Assembly: GCA_018266255.1 (NCBI GenBank)
Contig: JAFEAT010000010.1
Span: 394,842-458,841 of the forward strand
Direction of reading: 5' to 3'
DNA: 64,000 nt
DNA from: Cyanobacteria bacterium SZAS-4
GTDB lineage: Bacteria; Cyanobacteriota; Vampirovibrionia; Obscuribacterales; Obscuribacteraceae
Under the pieces are notes generated by a model, which ran no database searches, was not told the DNA's origin, and saw nothing but the letters and a program-made list of their open reading frames with translations. The position numbers and the translations under genes were made by a program. This document shows positions 33,566 through 42,242 of the stretch, in pieces (within the stretch, counting starts at the first letter, position 1; every line of letters starts with the position of its first letter).

Positions 33566-34174
33566 CTATTCTGCGACCTTGACGTGAGTCGACTGATCTT
33601 CAGCATAGTGTTTTACAGCGCCCGCTAGTTTGGTGAATTTGGGCGTGAAAAAGTATTTGCGCATTTCCTGGTAAGCCTTGTCATAGTCCCAGTTCTCGTG
33701 TGTGACGCGCCAGATTCCGACCATGCATCCGGTGCGGTCTGAACCGTGTGCACAGTGCACAAAAACAGGACCACCACCCTTCTCTGCTTTCTCGACTGCA
33801 TCGATAAAGGTGTGTACTTGCTTTTCTGTCGGTGCATCAGACGCCATCGTCATGTTGATATATTTGATGCCTAGCTCGTCTGCGAGTGCTTTTTCCTCTT
33901 TTGGTTGGATTGGATCATCTTCTTTCGTTCTGGAAGCTTTGGGCTTGCCTTCAGATGGTGCGCGTAAATCGATGATCGTTTTGATGCCTTTGTCTTTCAA
34001 GGCAGGCATCGTTTTTTCGGTCGGTCCACCACCTCTATAAAGATATGGATGCACCTCGTGAAAGTTCAACAAGCCAGGCAGCTCAGTTGGTACATTGCCA
34101 GCGAGGGCTGCGGTCACCGAAGAAAGTATGATTAGAGAGCGGATTGCGAACCGCCAGGGCACCGTTGGTTTCAT
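33566..34174 (-). CDS. Secreted atypical dual-specificity / tyrosine phosphatase (Siw14/Oca-like, CX5R)
   Basis: 202 aa. Signal peptide MKPTVPWRFAIRSLIILSSVTAALAG. LYRGGGP motif and P-loop VHCAHGSDRTGCMVGIWRV (CX5R). Confidence 0.8.
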   Translation of the reverse strand: MKPTVPWRFAIRSLIILSSVTAALAGNVPTELPGLLNFHEVHPYLYRGGGPTEKTMPALKDKGIKTIIDLRAPSEGKPKASRTKEDDPIQPKEEKALADELGIKYINMTMASDAPTEKQVHTFIDAVEKAEKGGGPVFVHCAHGSDRTGCMVGIWRVTHENWDYDKAYQEMRKYFFTPKFTKLAGAVKHYAEDQSTHVKVAE

Positions 34175-34395
34175 TTGAACTTCTTAAATTCGGGGAAGAC
34201 TGTGCAAATCCACATACGATCTGCACGAAATCAGTTTTAGCATGGTAGGACGGCTTTAGTCTTTCTGCCGACAGGTGGACCGGTGTGTGGAATTCGTGAT
34301 GTTTTTATTAACAATTTCTCATAAATGCCGTTTTGATTGAACCATTTCTTCTCTGATTACGTAGTTATAGATGAAACCAATGATTTGGTTGGGGG

Positions 34396-35037
34396 ATGGC
34401 AGTGGACCTTACCGACGAGGCCCTAATTGAAAACTTCCGGAGAACTGAAAACATTACGATGTTTCAGACTCTGGTGCGGCGATATCAAAGCCGCATCTAC
34501 ACTGCAGCATTCCGCATTCTATCTAACTCAGAGGAGGCTGAAGAAGTTGTGCAAGATACGTTCTTGAAGGTGCATCAAAATATTTCCAAGTTCAGGCAGC
34601 AAGCCTCGTTCTCGTCATGGGTATTCAAGATTGCCCATAACCAGTGCATGGATATTTTGCGCAACCGTCAGCGTAGAAAAGGATTTCGGTTGCTCTCGTT
34701 CGATCCCCAATCAAATAAACCAGAGCCGACTGAGGAGGCAATGGAAGCGTATTCGGTCATCTCGCAGTTGACCGATCCAGGTGCGGATCCTTCGCAATCG
34801 CTGGAGCTGAATGAGCAAGGAAAGATGGTGACTGATGCTCTGAAGCAGCTGACTGACACGCAAAGAACGGTAGTGGTGTTACACGATATAGAAGGATTTC
34901 AATATCAGGAGATTGCCGAGATTGTCGGCACAAGCATCGGAACGGTGCGTTCGCGCCTTCACTACGGCCGAATCAAGTTGAAAGAATTACTGGAGCCCTA
35001 TTTTTCCCAACAAAATATGTCCGCTATTTCCAGGTGA
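34396..35037 (+). CDS. ECF-type RNA polymerase sigma-70 factor
   Basis: 213 aa. Region 2 (WVFKIAHNQCMDILRNR) and region 4 (YQEIAEIVGTSIGTVRSRLHYGR). Confidence 0.9.
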   Translation: MAVDLTDEALIENFRRTENITMFQTLVRRYQSRIYTAAFRILSNSEEAEEVVQDTFLKVHQNISKFRQQASFSSWVFKIAHNQCMDILRNRQRRKGFRLLSFDPQSNKPEPTEEAMEAYSVISQLTDPGADPSQSLELNEQGKMVTDALKQLTDTQRTVVVLHDIEGFQYQEIAEIVGTSIGTVRSRLHYGRIKLKELLEPYFSQQNMSAISR

Positions 35038-35042
35038 TTGCC

Positions 35043-35912
35043 ATGTCCAACGATTTTAATTGCAAACAACTAGAACCTCTTCTCAGCGCTTATCACGATG
35101 GTGAGCTGACTGAGGCAGAGCGTGCAGACGCAGACCGCCACTTGAATGGGTGTGCTGATTGTCAAAACCGTTTGCTCGAAATTAGTGCTGTTGCAACCTC
35201 GCTGAAATCGTTGCCCCGTCTGAATCCTAAAACCGATGTGGCGGCAAACATCGAACAGCTCATTGCAAATCAACCGAAGGGAATCAGTCGAATTCAGCCA
35301 CCTGTAATCTGGGGTGCCGCTGGAATTGCAGCTGCAGCAGCCGTTCTTCTGGTAGCAGGCAATTTTAAAGCTGTGACTAATCAGGCAAATAATCCGCTCA
35401 CTGCAAACTCCAAGACCAACCAGGTTATGCCAAAGCCCATGCCAAACGCTGTCAAATCGCAAGAATTGGAGATCGCTCACAATCTAGACACCACTGCAAA
35501 TCCAATCCAAGACTTTACAGAGCCTGCGCAAATCAGCGCGCATCACGATCAAAGTAGTGCGCCAAACGGCACAGTGTCCAAGAAAGAAGGTGGTATGCCA
35601 ACACAGCATGAAAAACCTACGACGGACAACAACGCAAAGAAAAATTCGAAATTCAATCCGCATTTGCAAGTTGCTAGTAACGGCAACGAGGGTGCCACCA
35701 ACGCGGTTGCTACCAATGCGGTCGCTACTGCATCCGGTTCTCAATCAGATGCGAGTGCACCTCAACTTATCGCTAATCGAAATGTAGGCACTGCATCGAT
35801 CGGCGGCGCAGATAGCAGTCTGGTCGCCATTTACGATACAGAGCAACGCGGCGTCACTGAAGAACTAGGGATCACAACCGACGAGGATGGACTGTATGCG
35901 ATCAAGCTTTAA
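35043..35912 (+). CDS. Anti-sigma factor (zf-HC2 type), single-pass membrane protein
   Basis: ATG 35043 is preceded by AGGTGA (maximal ORF from GTG 35034). Contains LSAYHDGELTEAERADADRHLNGCADCQNRL and one TM helix (VIWGAAGIAAAAAVLLVAG). Confidence 0.8.
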   Translation: MSNDFNCKQLEPLLSAYHDGELTEAERADADRHLNGCADCQNRLLEISAVATSLKSLPRLNPKTDVAANIEQLIANQPKGISRIQPPVIWGAAGIAAAAAVLLVAGNFKAVTNQANNPLTANSKTNQVMPKPMPNAVKSQELEIAHNLDTTANPIQDFTEPAQISAHHDQSSAPNGTVSKKEGGMPTQHEKPTTDNNAKKNSKFNPHLQVASNGNEGATNAVATNAVATASGSQSDASAPQLIANRNVGTASIGGADSSLVAIYDTEQRGVTEELGITTDEDGLYAIKL

Positions 35913-36750
35913 TAGAGCAGACCTGTTTAAACAAGTGACATTAGGGCTTCTCCTCGCCTCGACGTTTACACTCGATCTTGTTGCTGGCGCAGAGCCGACT
36001 TTCGGTAACCTTCCGCTTCAACCCACTTTGATAGCGCAGGGCGATGCAAGTTTGCCACCACCAGACCCGAACTATCGTCCAAGAAGCCGATTCCAAAACG
36101 ATGCAAACGGGCTTGGCGCAGGTGCTTCAAATCAAGCCGAAGACGGGCCGATTCGTCGCAGAATACGCCGGCGAATGAATGAGCAACTTGGAGGCGATGG
36201 CAGTGCGCAGGTAAGTGGCGCTCCGGGTGCTGCGGCGATTATGGGTGCACCTGCAGCTGCCGGTGCAGCGGCTGGTGTGGGCGCTGGTGCTGGAGCCGGT
36301 GGACGCTTTAAAAACGGCTTTGGCGGCGGCGGTCGATTTAAAAATGGCTTCGGTGGTGGCGGCGGTGGTGGCGCGAATATGTTCGGCAAAAAGGCGCTCG
36401 ACCTTACTTCACTCAACTTGACGCCAGAGCAAAAACAAAAAATTCAAGAGATGCGCAAGCAAGTAGCACCAAAAACACGTGAGTTACGCCAGCAGCTAAA
36501 CGCGAAACGGCAGGAGCTGCGCGACATGATGTTTGAAGCGAACGCAGGCGATGACCAGGTGCGCGCGAAAAGAAAAGAAGTGCGCCAGTTGCAAGACAAA
36601 GTCGAGGATATGCAGATCAACGACTTCCTCGGAATTCGTTCAGTGCTCACTCCCGATCAGCGCTTGAAGCTCACAGACTTGAAGCCCGGCAACAAATTTG
36701 CGGCCGGAAACGGAACGCAGCTCGTCGCACCTGTAGTCACGACTCCTTAA
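35896..36750 (+). CDS. Periplasmic Spy/CpxP-family (LTxxQ motif) protein with Gly-rich region
   Basis: ATG 35896 is preceded by GAGGA (maximal ORF from 35887). It has a signal-like N-terminus. LTxxQ motifs are LNLTPEQKQKIQEMRK and LTPDQRLKLTDL. GGRFKNGFGG occurs as a tandem duplicate. Confidence 0.75.
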   Translation: MRSSFNRADLFKQVTLGLLLASTFTLDLVAGAEPTFGNLPLQPTLIAQGDASLPPPDPNYRPRSRFQNDANGLGAGASNQAEDGPIRRRIRRRMNEQLGGDGSAQVSGAPGAAAIMGAPAAAGAAAGVGAGAGAGGRFKNGFGGGGRFKNGFGGGGGGGANMFGKKALDLTSLNLTPEQKQKIQEMRKQVAPKTRELRQQLNAKRQELRDMMFEANAGDDQVRAKRKEVRQLQDKVEDMQINDFLGIRSVLTPDQRLKLTDLKPGNKFAAGNGTQLVAPVVTTP

Positions 36751-36784
36751 GAACCACCGATAGTCAGGACTCTTAGGTCTGCGA

Positions 36785-38152
36785 CTATTTGCCTTTCTTC
36801 TTGGCGTTTGCGCCACCCCACTCTAACAAGAAGTTTGGATCTGGCTCATCGCCTCCTGAACTGCTTGCAGCGGGTTTGGTTTCTGGTGCTGGTTCTTTCG
36901 CGACAGCTGGTGCTGCTGCTTTAGGTTTCTTGGCAGTGGCTTTTGGTGCTGCCGGTTTCTGGAACACAGGTGGTGGCGGTTGGAACATTCCCATTGGATT
37001 GCCAAATACAGGCACCATTGGTGGTGGTGGTGGAACCATGCCCTGAGGACGCTTGCTCGATTTTACTGCTGGCACACCGAATACCATGGTCGGTGCTGCC
37101 TGCATTGCTGGCGCCGGAGCTGCTGCAACGTGCTTCACTTTTGCCGGTGGTGCTGCGGCTTCTTCTGTTCCACCGCTTTCGGCTGGATCGTCACCGCTCT
37201 TGTCTTTCTTCTTCGGAATCGTCTTCGCGGTCGTTCTCAAAGCTGCAGCGCTGGCGTGCATTTCGTCTTGCGCAACCTCCACTTGAGGTTGCTGTTTAGG
37301 CTGTTTGGTGTGTTTTTCCTTAGCCGGTTTCTGTTGTTTAGGCTCTTTCTTCGGTTTCTTTTCCGACTTCTCAGGCTTCTTCGTTTCTACAGGTTTCTTC
37401 TCTTCTTTCTTCTCAGGTTTCTTCTCTGGTTCTACTTTCTTCGGCTCAGGCTTTTTCTCTGGCTGCATCCACGGGAAGATTTTCAAAGGTACTTTCGCTG
37501 CTGATGCCGGCGGAGTCGGCGTTGGAGCCGGTGTGGCTGAAGCAATCAGAGCAGTGTCTGTCTTCGGAGTGTCAGGCTTAGCCGCAACTCCTGTCACTAC
37601 CGGTGGTGCTACTGTGTTTCCGGCGGCGGCCACGCTGATGTTGTAAGACTCATGGATGGCGCGAGCTGTTTTGTGATTCGATTGAAGCCAAAGTACCAGC
37701 GCTTCTCGCGCTTCAGGCGAACTACTGTGTTTGGATAGAGCCGCGTGAATCTGCACTAACGCCTCGTCATTTTTTCCGCGCAGTTGAAGCAGCTCAGCAA
37801 ACTTTACTCTTGCCATAATCGAGTTCGGGTTGTGTTGCACGGCTTTCTGCAAATAGGCTTCAGAGCGCACAAATTTTTTGGCGTCAAGGGCGAGCGTTCC
37901 CATCTCGTAGTAAAGCTGCCCGATGTAGCTCGATTCTGCTCCGTACTCTCGGCTGGCGCTGTCAATTGCCTTCTGGTAGTAGTCGAGAGCGGCTTCGGTA
38001 TCGCCGCTTAGATAGTGCTCGAAGGCGATTGAACGAAGTCCAGGCGCATCTGTCGTGTTAGCGGATGCCGCTAAGGAGCCAGAAGTTAAGCCTATTGACG
38101 CTGTAAGACCAAGAAGAGTAAGCGCTGTTCGCAGCTTAGGAAATATTTGCAC
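36785..38152 (-). CDS. Secreted TPR protein with a long Lys/Pro/Glu/Ala-rich low-complexity tail
   Basis: 455 aa. Signal peptide MQIFPKLRTALTLLGLTASIGLTSGSLAASA. TPR-like helices are followed by KKPEPKKVEPEKKPEKKEEKKPVETKKPEK... and Pro/Ala-rich stretches. Confidence 0.7.
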   Translation of the reverse strand: MQIFPKLRTALTLLGLTASIGLTSGSLAASANTTDAPGLRSIAFEHYLSGDTEAALDYYQKAIDSASREYGAESSYIGQLYYEMGTLALDAKKFVRSEAYLQKAVQHNPNSIMARVKFAELLQLRGKNDEALVQIHAALSKHSSSPEAREALVLWLQSNHKTARAIHESYNISVAAAGNTVAPPVVTGVAAKPDTPKTDTALIASATPAPTPTPPASAAKVPLKIFPWMQPEKKPEPKKVEPEKKPEKKEEKKPVETKKPEKSEKKPKKEPKQQKPAKEKHTKQPKQQPQVEVAQDEMHASAAALRTTAKTIPKKKDKSGDDPAESGGTEEAAAPPAKVKHVAAAPAPAMQAAPTMVFGVPAVKSSKRPQGMVPPPPPMVPVFGNPMGMFQPPPPVFQKPAAPKATAKKPKAAAPAVAKEPAPETKPAASSSGGDEPDPNFLLEWGGANAKKKGK

Positions 38153-38354
38153 TGTGCCGCCTGAAAATCCGCGTTGTGTTACTCCATTCTAAGGAAAAAT
38201 CGGCCAGAGTAAACGGGGAAAAACCTAGAATGCAGCCATTTCGATAGATCAGACTGTTACGATCTCGCCTGTCTGTGCCCAAAACCCTGCTAAAATTCAA
38301 TACTTTCCGACTTCTACCGCTTTCAAGCGGCTAAAAATTCTAATCAGGTGAATT

Positions 38355-39254
38355 ATGCGTCGACCAAGACAACAACGGACACGCGGCGGCAGAGATTCCG
38401 CACCTCAAGGTTCCTCATCGACTTCGAACCAGGCTCCGACACGTCACTTAAGTCAAACTCTCGACATCAATACAAATTTGGGCGAGGGTTTCGGACCTTA
38501 CAAGATGGAAGGCGAGTCAGATGTTCTCCCTTACGTCACTTCTGCAAATATCGCTTGTGGAGCGCATGCAGGCGACCCGCTCATCATGGAAGCGGCACTT
38601 GAGGAAGTTCGCTATTACGGTCTCTCTCTGGGAGCGCACATCGGCTATCCCGACTTGCAAGGCTTCGGACGCCGCGAAATACATTTGTCCACCGCTGAAC
38701 TGCGTGCCACGATTCTTTTCCAGCTTGGTGCTCTGTCAGGATTGGCTCGCACACTTGGTTTTGAGATTACCCAAGTTCGTCCGCACGGATTTTTGTATCG
38801 CCAAATGGCAAGCGATCCTAGAACTGCTGCCGTTGTAGCGAAGGCAGTTTCTGAGTACGACAGATGGTTAGTGTTGATCGGACCAGCCGGTAGCAGCCTT
38901 GTCGCTGCTGGAGACCGCGCCGGCATCCGCGTCGCTGGTGAAGCTTGGGTAGACCGCGCCTACGATGCCAACGGTCATCTCTTGCCTCACAGCCACAGTC
39001 GCGCCATCATCAAAAATCCAAACGAGATTTTGAATCAGGCCGCTAGCCTGATTCGTCATGGAACTGTAACGGCTGTAGACGGAACCAAAATCCATCTGGA
39101 CTTCGAGACTCTCCACATGCACTCGCATATGGCGCAAGCACGCCAGGTCGCAGAACAGATCCGCAACATGGTGCCGCATGCAGCAGCGCTGACGGCAGAG
39201 CCGTTCACGCTGGACAGCAATGAGTCCAACGAGTTAGCTTTCGGCGCCTACTAG
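38355..39254 (+). CDS. pxpA: LamB/YcsF family protein (5-oxoprolinase subunit A-like)
   Basis: Contains LDINTNLGEGFG and SANIACGAHAGDP blocks. An Arg-rich 35-aa N-terminal extension makes the start uncertain. Confidence 0.8.
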   Translation: MRRPRQQRTRGGRDSAPQGSSSTSNQAPTRHLSQTLDINTNLGEGFGPYKMEGESDVLPYVTSANIACGAHAGDPLIMEAALEEVRYYGLSLGAHIGYPDLQGFGRREIHLSTAELRATILFQLGALSGLARTLGFEITQVRPHGFLYRQMASDPRTAAVVAKAVSEYDRWLVLIGPAGSSLVAAGDRAGIRVAGEAWVDRAYDANGHLLPHSHSRAIIKNPNEILNQAASLIRHGTVTAVDGTKIHLDFETLHMHSHMAQARQVAEQIRNMVPHAAALTAEPFTLDSNESNELAFGAY

Positions 39255-39318
39255 GCAAGCAAGCCCGTTTTCGACGCCTATTGGGCGACGAGAAATTGTC
39301 GTTGCCTTTCAGGCGACG

Positions 39319-39870
39319 CTAAGGCAGTCTCTGCGAGATCGGTACGATTTCGTCGTACCAACTTCCGTAATACTCTGGATAGTCTTCGCCAGTAGTCGAT
39401 GTGATCGTCTTTTGCAGGGCGCGTCGAATCGCTCTACGGCCGCCGCTCTTGTAGCGATTGAGCCATTCCAATTCTTTGGGATCTACGTTAACCCCAGCTT
39501 GCATAAGCTCTTTGACTATATTGATTTCGTGAACGATTGCTTCGGTTTCTTCATCGATGCAGCGATCGATGAACTCCTGCCGTCCCGTTTTCCCCGGGAT
39601 TGGATCTATGGTTGGCTTGATAATTGCGTGCACGAACTCATGAGCGATGCTAATCAGCTTGTAATTACGTGGACACCAGCGTCCGATGTAGATCGTACGC
39701 TTCTTCCGGTCGTAATAGGCTCGGCATGGTCCGTCGACAAGCCTGATGCGTACTCCTTCTTGACGGATACGCTCAATATCGGCAATCAACGTCGGCGACT
39801 TCAAAGCCGCTTCTACAAGGCGTTTGCCGAATTGCCTTCTTAAATTTCGTACGGGTGAATTTCCCGTCAT
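39319..39870 (-). CDS. Orphan small HExxH protein (putative zinc metallopeptidase fold)
   Basis: 183 aa with no signal peptide. SIAHEFVHAI (HExxH) is preceded by RAYYDRKKRTIYIGRW. A second acidic/His stretch (DEETEAIVHE) lies 30 residues later. Confidence 0.5.
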   Translation of the reverse strand: MTGNSPVRNLRRQFGKRLVEAALKSPTLIADIERIRQEGVRIRLVDGPCRAYYDRKKRTIYIGRWCPRNYKLISIAHEFVHAIIKPTIDPIPGKTGRQEFIDRCIDEETEAIVHEINIVKELMQAGVNVDPKELEWLNRYKSGGRRAIRRALQKTITSTTGEDYPEYYGSWYDEIVPISQRLP

Positions 39871-40369
39871 CGCAGTGGGCCCCCAGTTCGTGAAGATATA
39901 TTAATTCTATAACAAAAGGCTGCCAAATGGTACTGGCAAAAAATAGGCGCAGGTGGGCAATTTGCCAAGATGTCATGCTTTTGACAACTTGAAAGGTAGA
40001 TTAATTCTGATTTTTTACTCAGTTTCGTCTTCATTAATCGCTTCTTCCCCGTTGTTTGCTCAAAATCAAGTACTCAACGGTTCGCAACAATTTATGCGAC
40101 CGCCAGTTTTGGATAAATGACCTGAGCTTTAAGACGGTCGATCAAGAGGTGAATGACGCAATTGTTAAGCTGTTCGTTACAATTTCATTCGCCGATATCG
40201 CAGATAGTTTGCTAGCTCAAAACTATTGCGGCATATGGTGCTAGCAGACATCGCCTTATCTGGAAACCACTATAAGGAGACTCTATATTGTCTTCCCCTA
40301 CCAGGTGATTTGTTCTATCGTGGTTTTTAAGACCTACTGAGCAGTTTTCAGCCGAAGTAGCGATAACAC

Positions 40370-42181
40370 ATGTCTGCGCAATCCGAGAAAAGTTCAGCCA
40401 CATATCTTGAGTCAAAAAATCTGCTCAAGCTGTTCAATCGCGTCGCGCGCTCTCTCAAAATTTGCGCAGATGAGCGTTCGATGCTGACGTCTGCAGTTGA
40501 GACTATCGGTACAGAGCTGGCTTTAGACCGCTGCGCCATCCTTCTAGTCGACCGGAAGGAGAGTTCTGAAGATAGCTCGGAGTTGTGTGTTACTGCTGAG
40601 CATTGCAAGGGCGGACAGAGTTCGTCCATCGACCAGCACTATAAGCTGAAAGCAAACTCCGAAGTCTTTCGCTTGTTTCAGCAAGGAAAACCTGTGCCAC
40701 TCAACGACGTTGCGCCGGGCGCACCGGGGGCAGACCACGAGCTGACCAAGTTGGGAAATGACACCAATAGCAAATCTTTGATTGTGTTTCCGATCATCGA
40801 CGCAGACAAAATCCTCGGTTGCCTGTCGATGCACTACTGCGGTGAGCCCTATACCTTCTCAGAAGAAATCCTCGAATTGGGTGAAGCAATTTCAGCGGAA
40901 TTGTCCACCGCGCTTTGTCGAGCTAAGGCAAATGCCCAACGTGAAGCAGAAGGTCGCATCTTTAAACAGACCAGTTTTCCAGCGTTGGTTTTGGATACGA
41001 CCGGACGAGTGCGACGATTCAACGATGCTTTTCAGCGTATGCTTTCTGCTTCGCGAAAAGATTTTGCCAATCAATCGATTCTAGATGTGATACCAGATGG
41101 ACAACGGGTTCTCGACGCGGTGCGAGGTTTGTCTCAAGTTAGACCCAGTGTCACTCTCGGTGAAGTGTTAGTGAGTCAATCTGATGGATCGGCCAGTCAT
41201 GTTGATGTCTGCATCTCTTCGTTGGCGAAAGGCGGCGAAACTGCTGATGCATTGCTTATGTTCGTGCCACCTGGCAGCAAGCAGTCTGCCACTTCAGCTG
41301 AAGCTGAGGCCTCTAAGCGCTCTACTGAAGAATTGGCGAACAATCTTTCACGTCAACTGAGTTGGGAACGATGGGTGCGCCAGATCATTTGCAAGCTTCA
41401 CGCAACGCTCGATCGCGACACATTGCTGCAGACAGTTGTGGATGGCTTCGGTCGGGCGCTTGCCGCCAGCCGATGTCTGATCGTACGCACCGATGGTCCT
41501 GCATCACCACTTGTGACACATGAATACGCAGAGCCAGATATCTCACCTTTAGGTTTGGGACGCACGGGGCAATTTCCCACAAATGCAGTTTCTTATTTTA
41601 GACATAAAGTGGCATCGATACCTGATATCTCTGCGCTCGAAAAGTCGCACGAACTGTCTGCCAGCGAGTACGAATATTTCGCGGATAACGGCATCAAAAG
41701 TATGGCTGGTGCGCCGATGGTTTCGCACGGTATCAATTTTGGTGTCATCATTATTTTGGAAAGCGCACCGTCAAGGCACTGGACACCGCATGAATTGGAT
41801 ATGCTGGAGATCGCAGCGAGTCAAACAGCAGTAGCTTTATCACACAGTCAGCAATATCTTCAATTGAAGGATCAACTGTTCAATATGAACTTGCTCGGAA
41901 ATCTGACCCAGCAATTAACGAACACTCTCGAGTTGGTCAGTCGCAGCAAAATCGAGGCGTCTGAGGAGAAGCGTCCAACAGAAAACGCGCCACCACTTTC
42001 TCTGCGTGAGTTGGAAGTACTCAAATTGATCGCATCTGGATTGGCAAATAGAGAAATTGCCCAACGATTATTCCTGACAGAATCGACGGTTGAATTGCAC
42101 GCATCCCGCATTCGTAAGAAGCTTAAACTGAAGAGCAGAACAGCTCTTGTTAAATTCGCTTGCGACAACGGACTGGCGTAA
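40370..42181 (+). CDS. GAF-PAS-GAF sensor fused to a LuxR-type HTH transcriptional regulator
   Basis: 603 aa. The C-terminal LSLRELEVLKLIASGLANREIAQRLFLTESTVELHASRIRKKL is a LuxR/GerE HTH. The upstream GAF-like and PAS-like segments were judged by eye. Confidence 0.75.
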   Translation: MSAQSEKSSATYLESKNLLKLFNRVARSLKICADERSMLTSAVETIGTELALDRCAILLVDRKESSEDSSELCVTAEHCKGGQSSSIDQHYKLKANSEVFRLFQQGKPVPLNDVAPGAPGADHELTKLGNDTNSKSLIVFPIIDADKILGCLSMHYCGEPYTFSEEILELGEAISAELSTALCRAKANAQREAEGRIFKQTSFPALVLDTTGRVRRFNDAFQRMLSASRKDFANQSILDVIPDGQRVLDAVRGLSQVRPSVTLGEVLVSQSDGSASHVDVCISSLAKGGETADALLMFVPPGSKQSATSAEAEASKRSTEELANNLSRQLSWERWVRQIICKLHATLDRDTLLQTVVDGFGRALAASRCLIVRTDGPASPLVTHEYAEPDISPLGLGRTGQFPTNAVSYFRHKVASIPDISALEKSHELSASEYEYFADNGIKSMAGAPMVSHGINFGVIIILESAPSRHWTPHELDMLEIAASQTAVALSHSQQYLQLKDQLFNMNLLGNLTQQLTNTLELVSRSKIEASEEKRPTENAPPLSLRELEVLKLIASGLANREIAQRLFLTESTVELHASRIRKKLKLKSRTALVKFACDNGLA

Positions 42182-42242
42182 CTTAATACGCACCGAGCTG
42201 TAGGTCAGTCAGAGTCTTCTTGGAATGCCATGCAAGATTCTT

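Noticed and set aside
36789-37646. Several plus-strand ORFs of 75-174 aa (36789-37046, 36943-37299, 36980-37504, 37053-37286, 37305-37646) overlapping the 455-aa minus-strand gene
   Set aside because: They lie in the Lys/Pro/Glu/Ala-rich low-complexity part of that gene. Their translations are homopolymer-like (FFS, LLR, GAG runs) and lack SD sequences. They are frame artefacts of biased composition.
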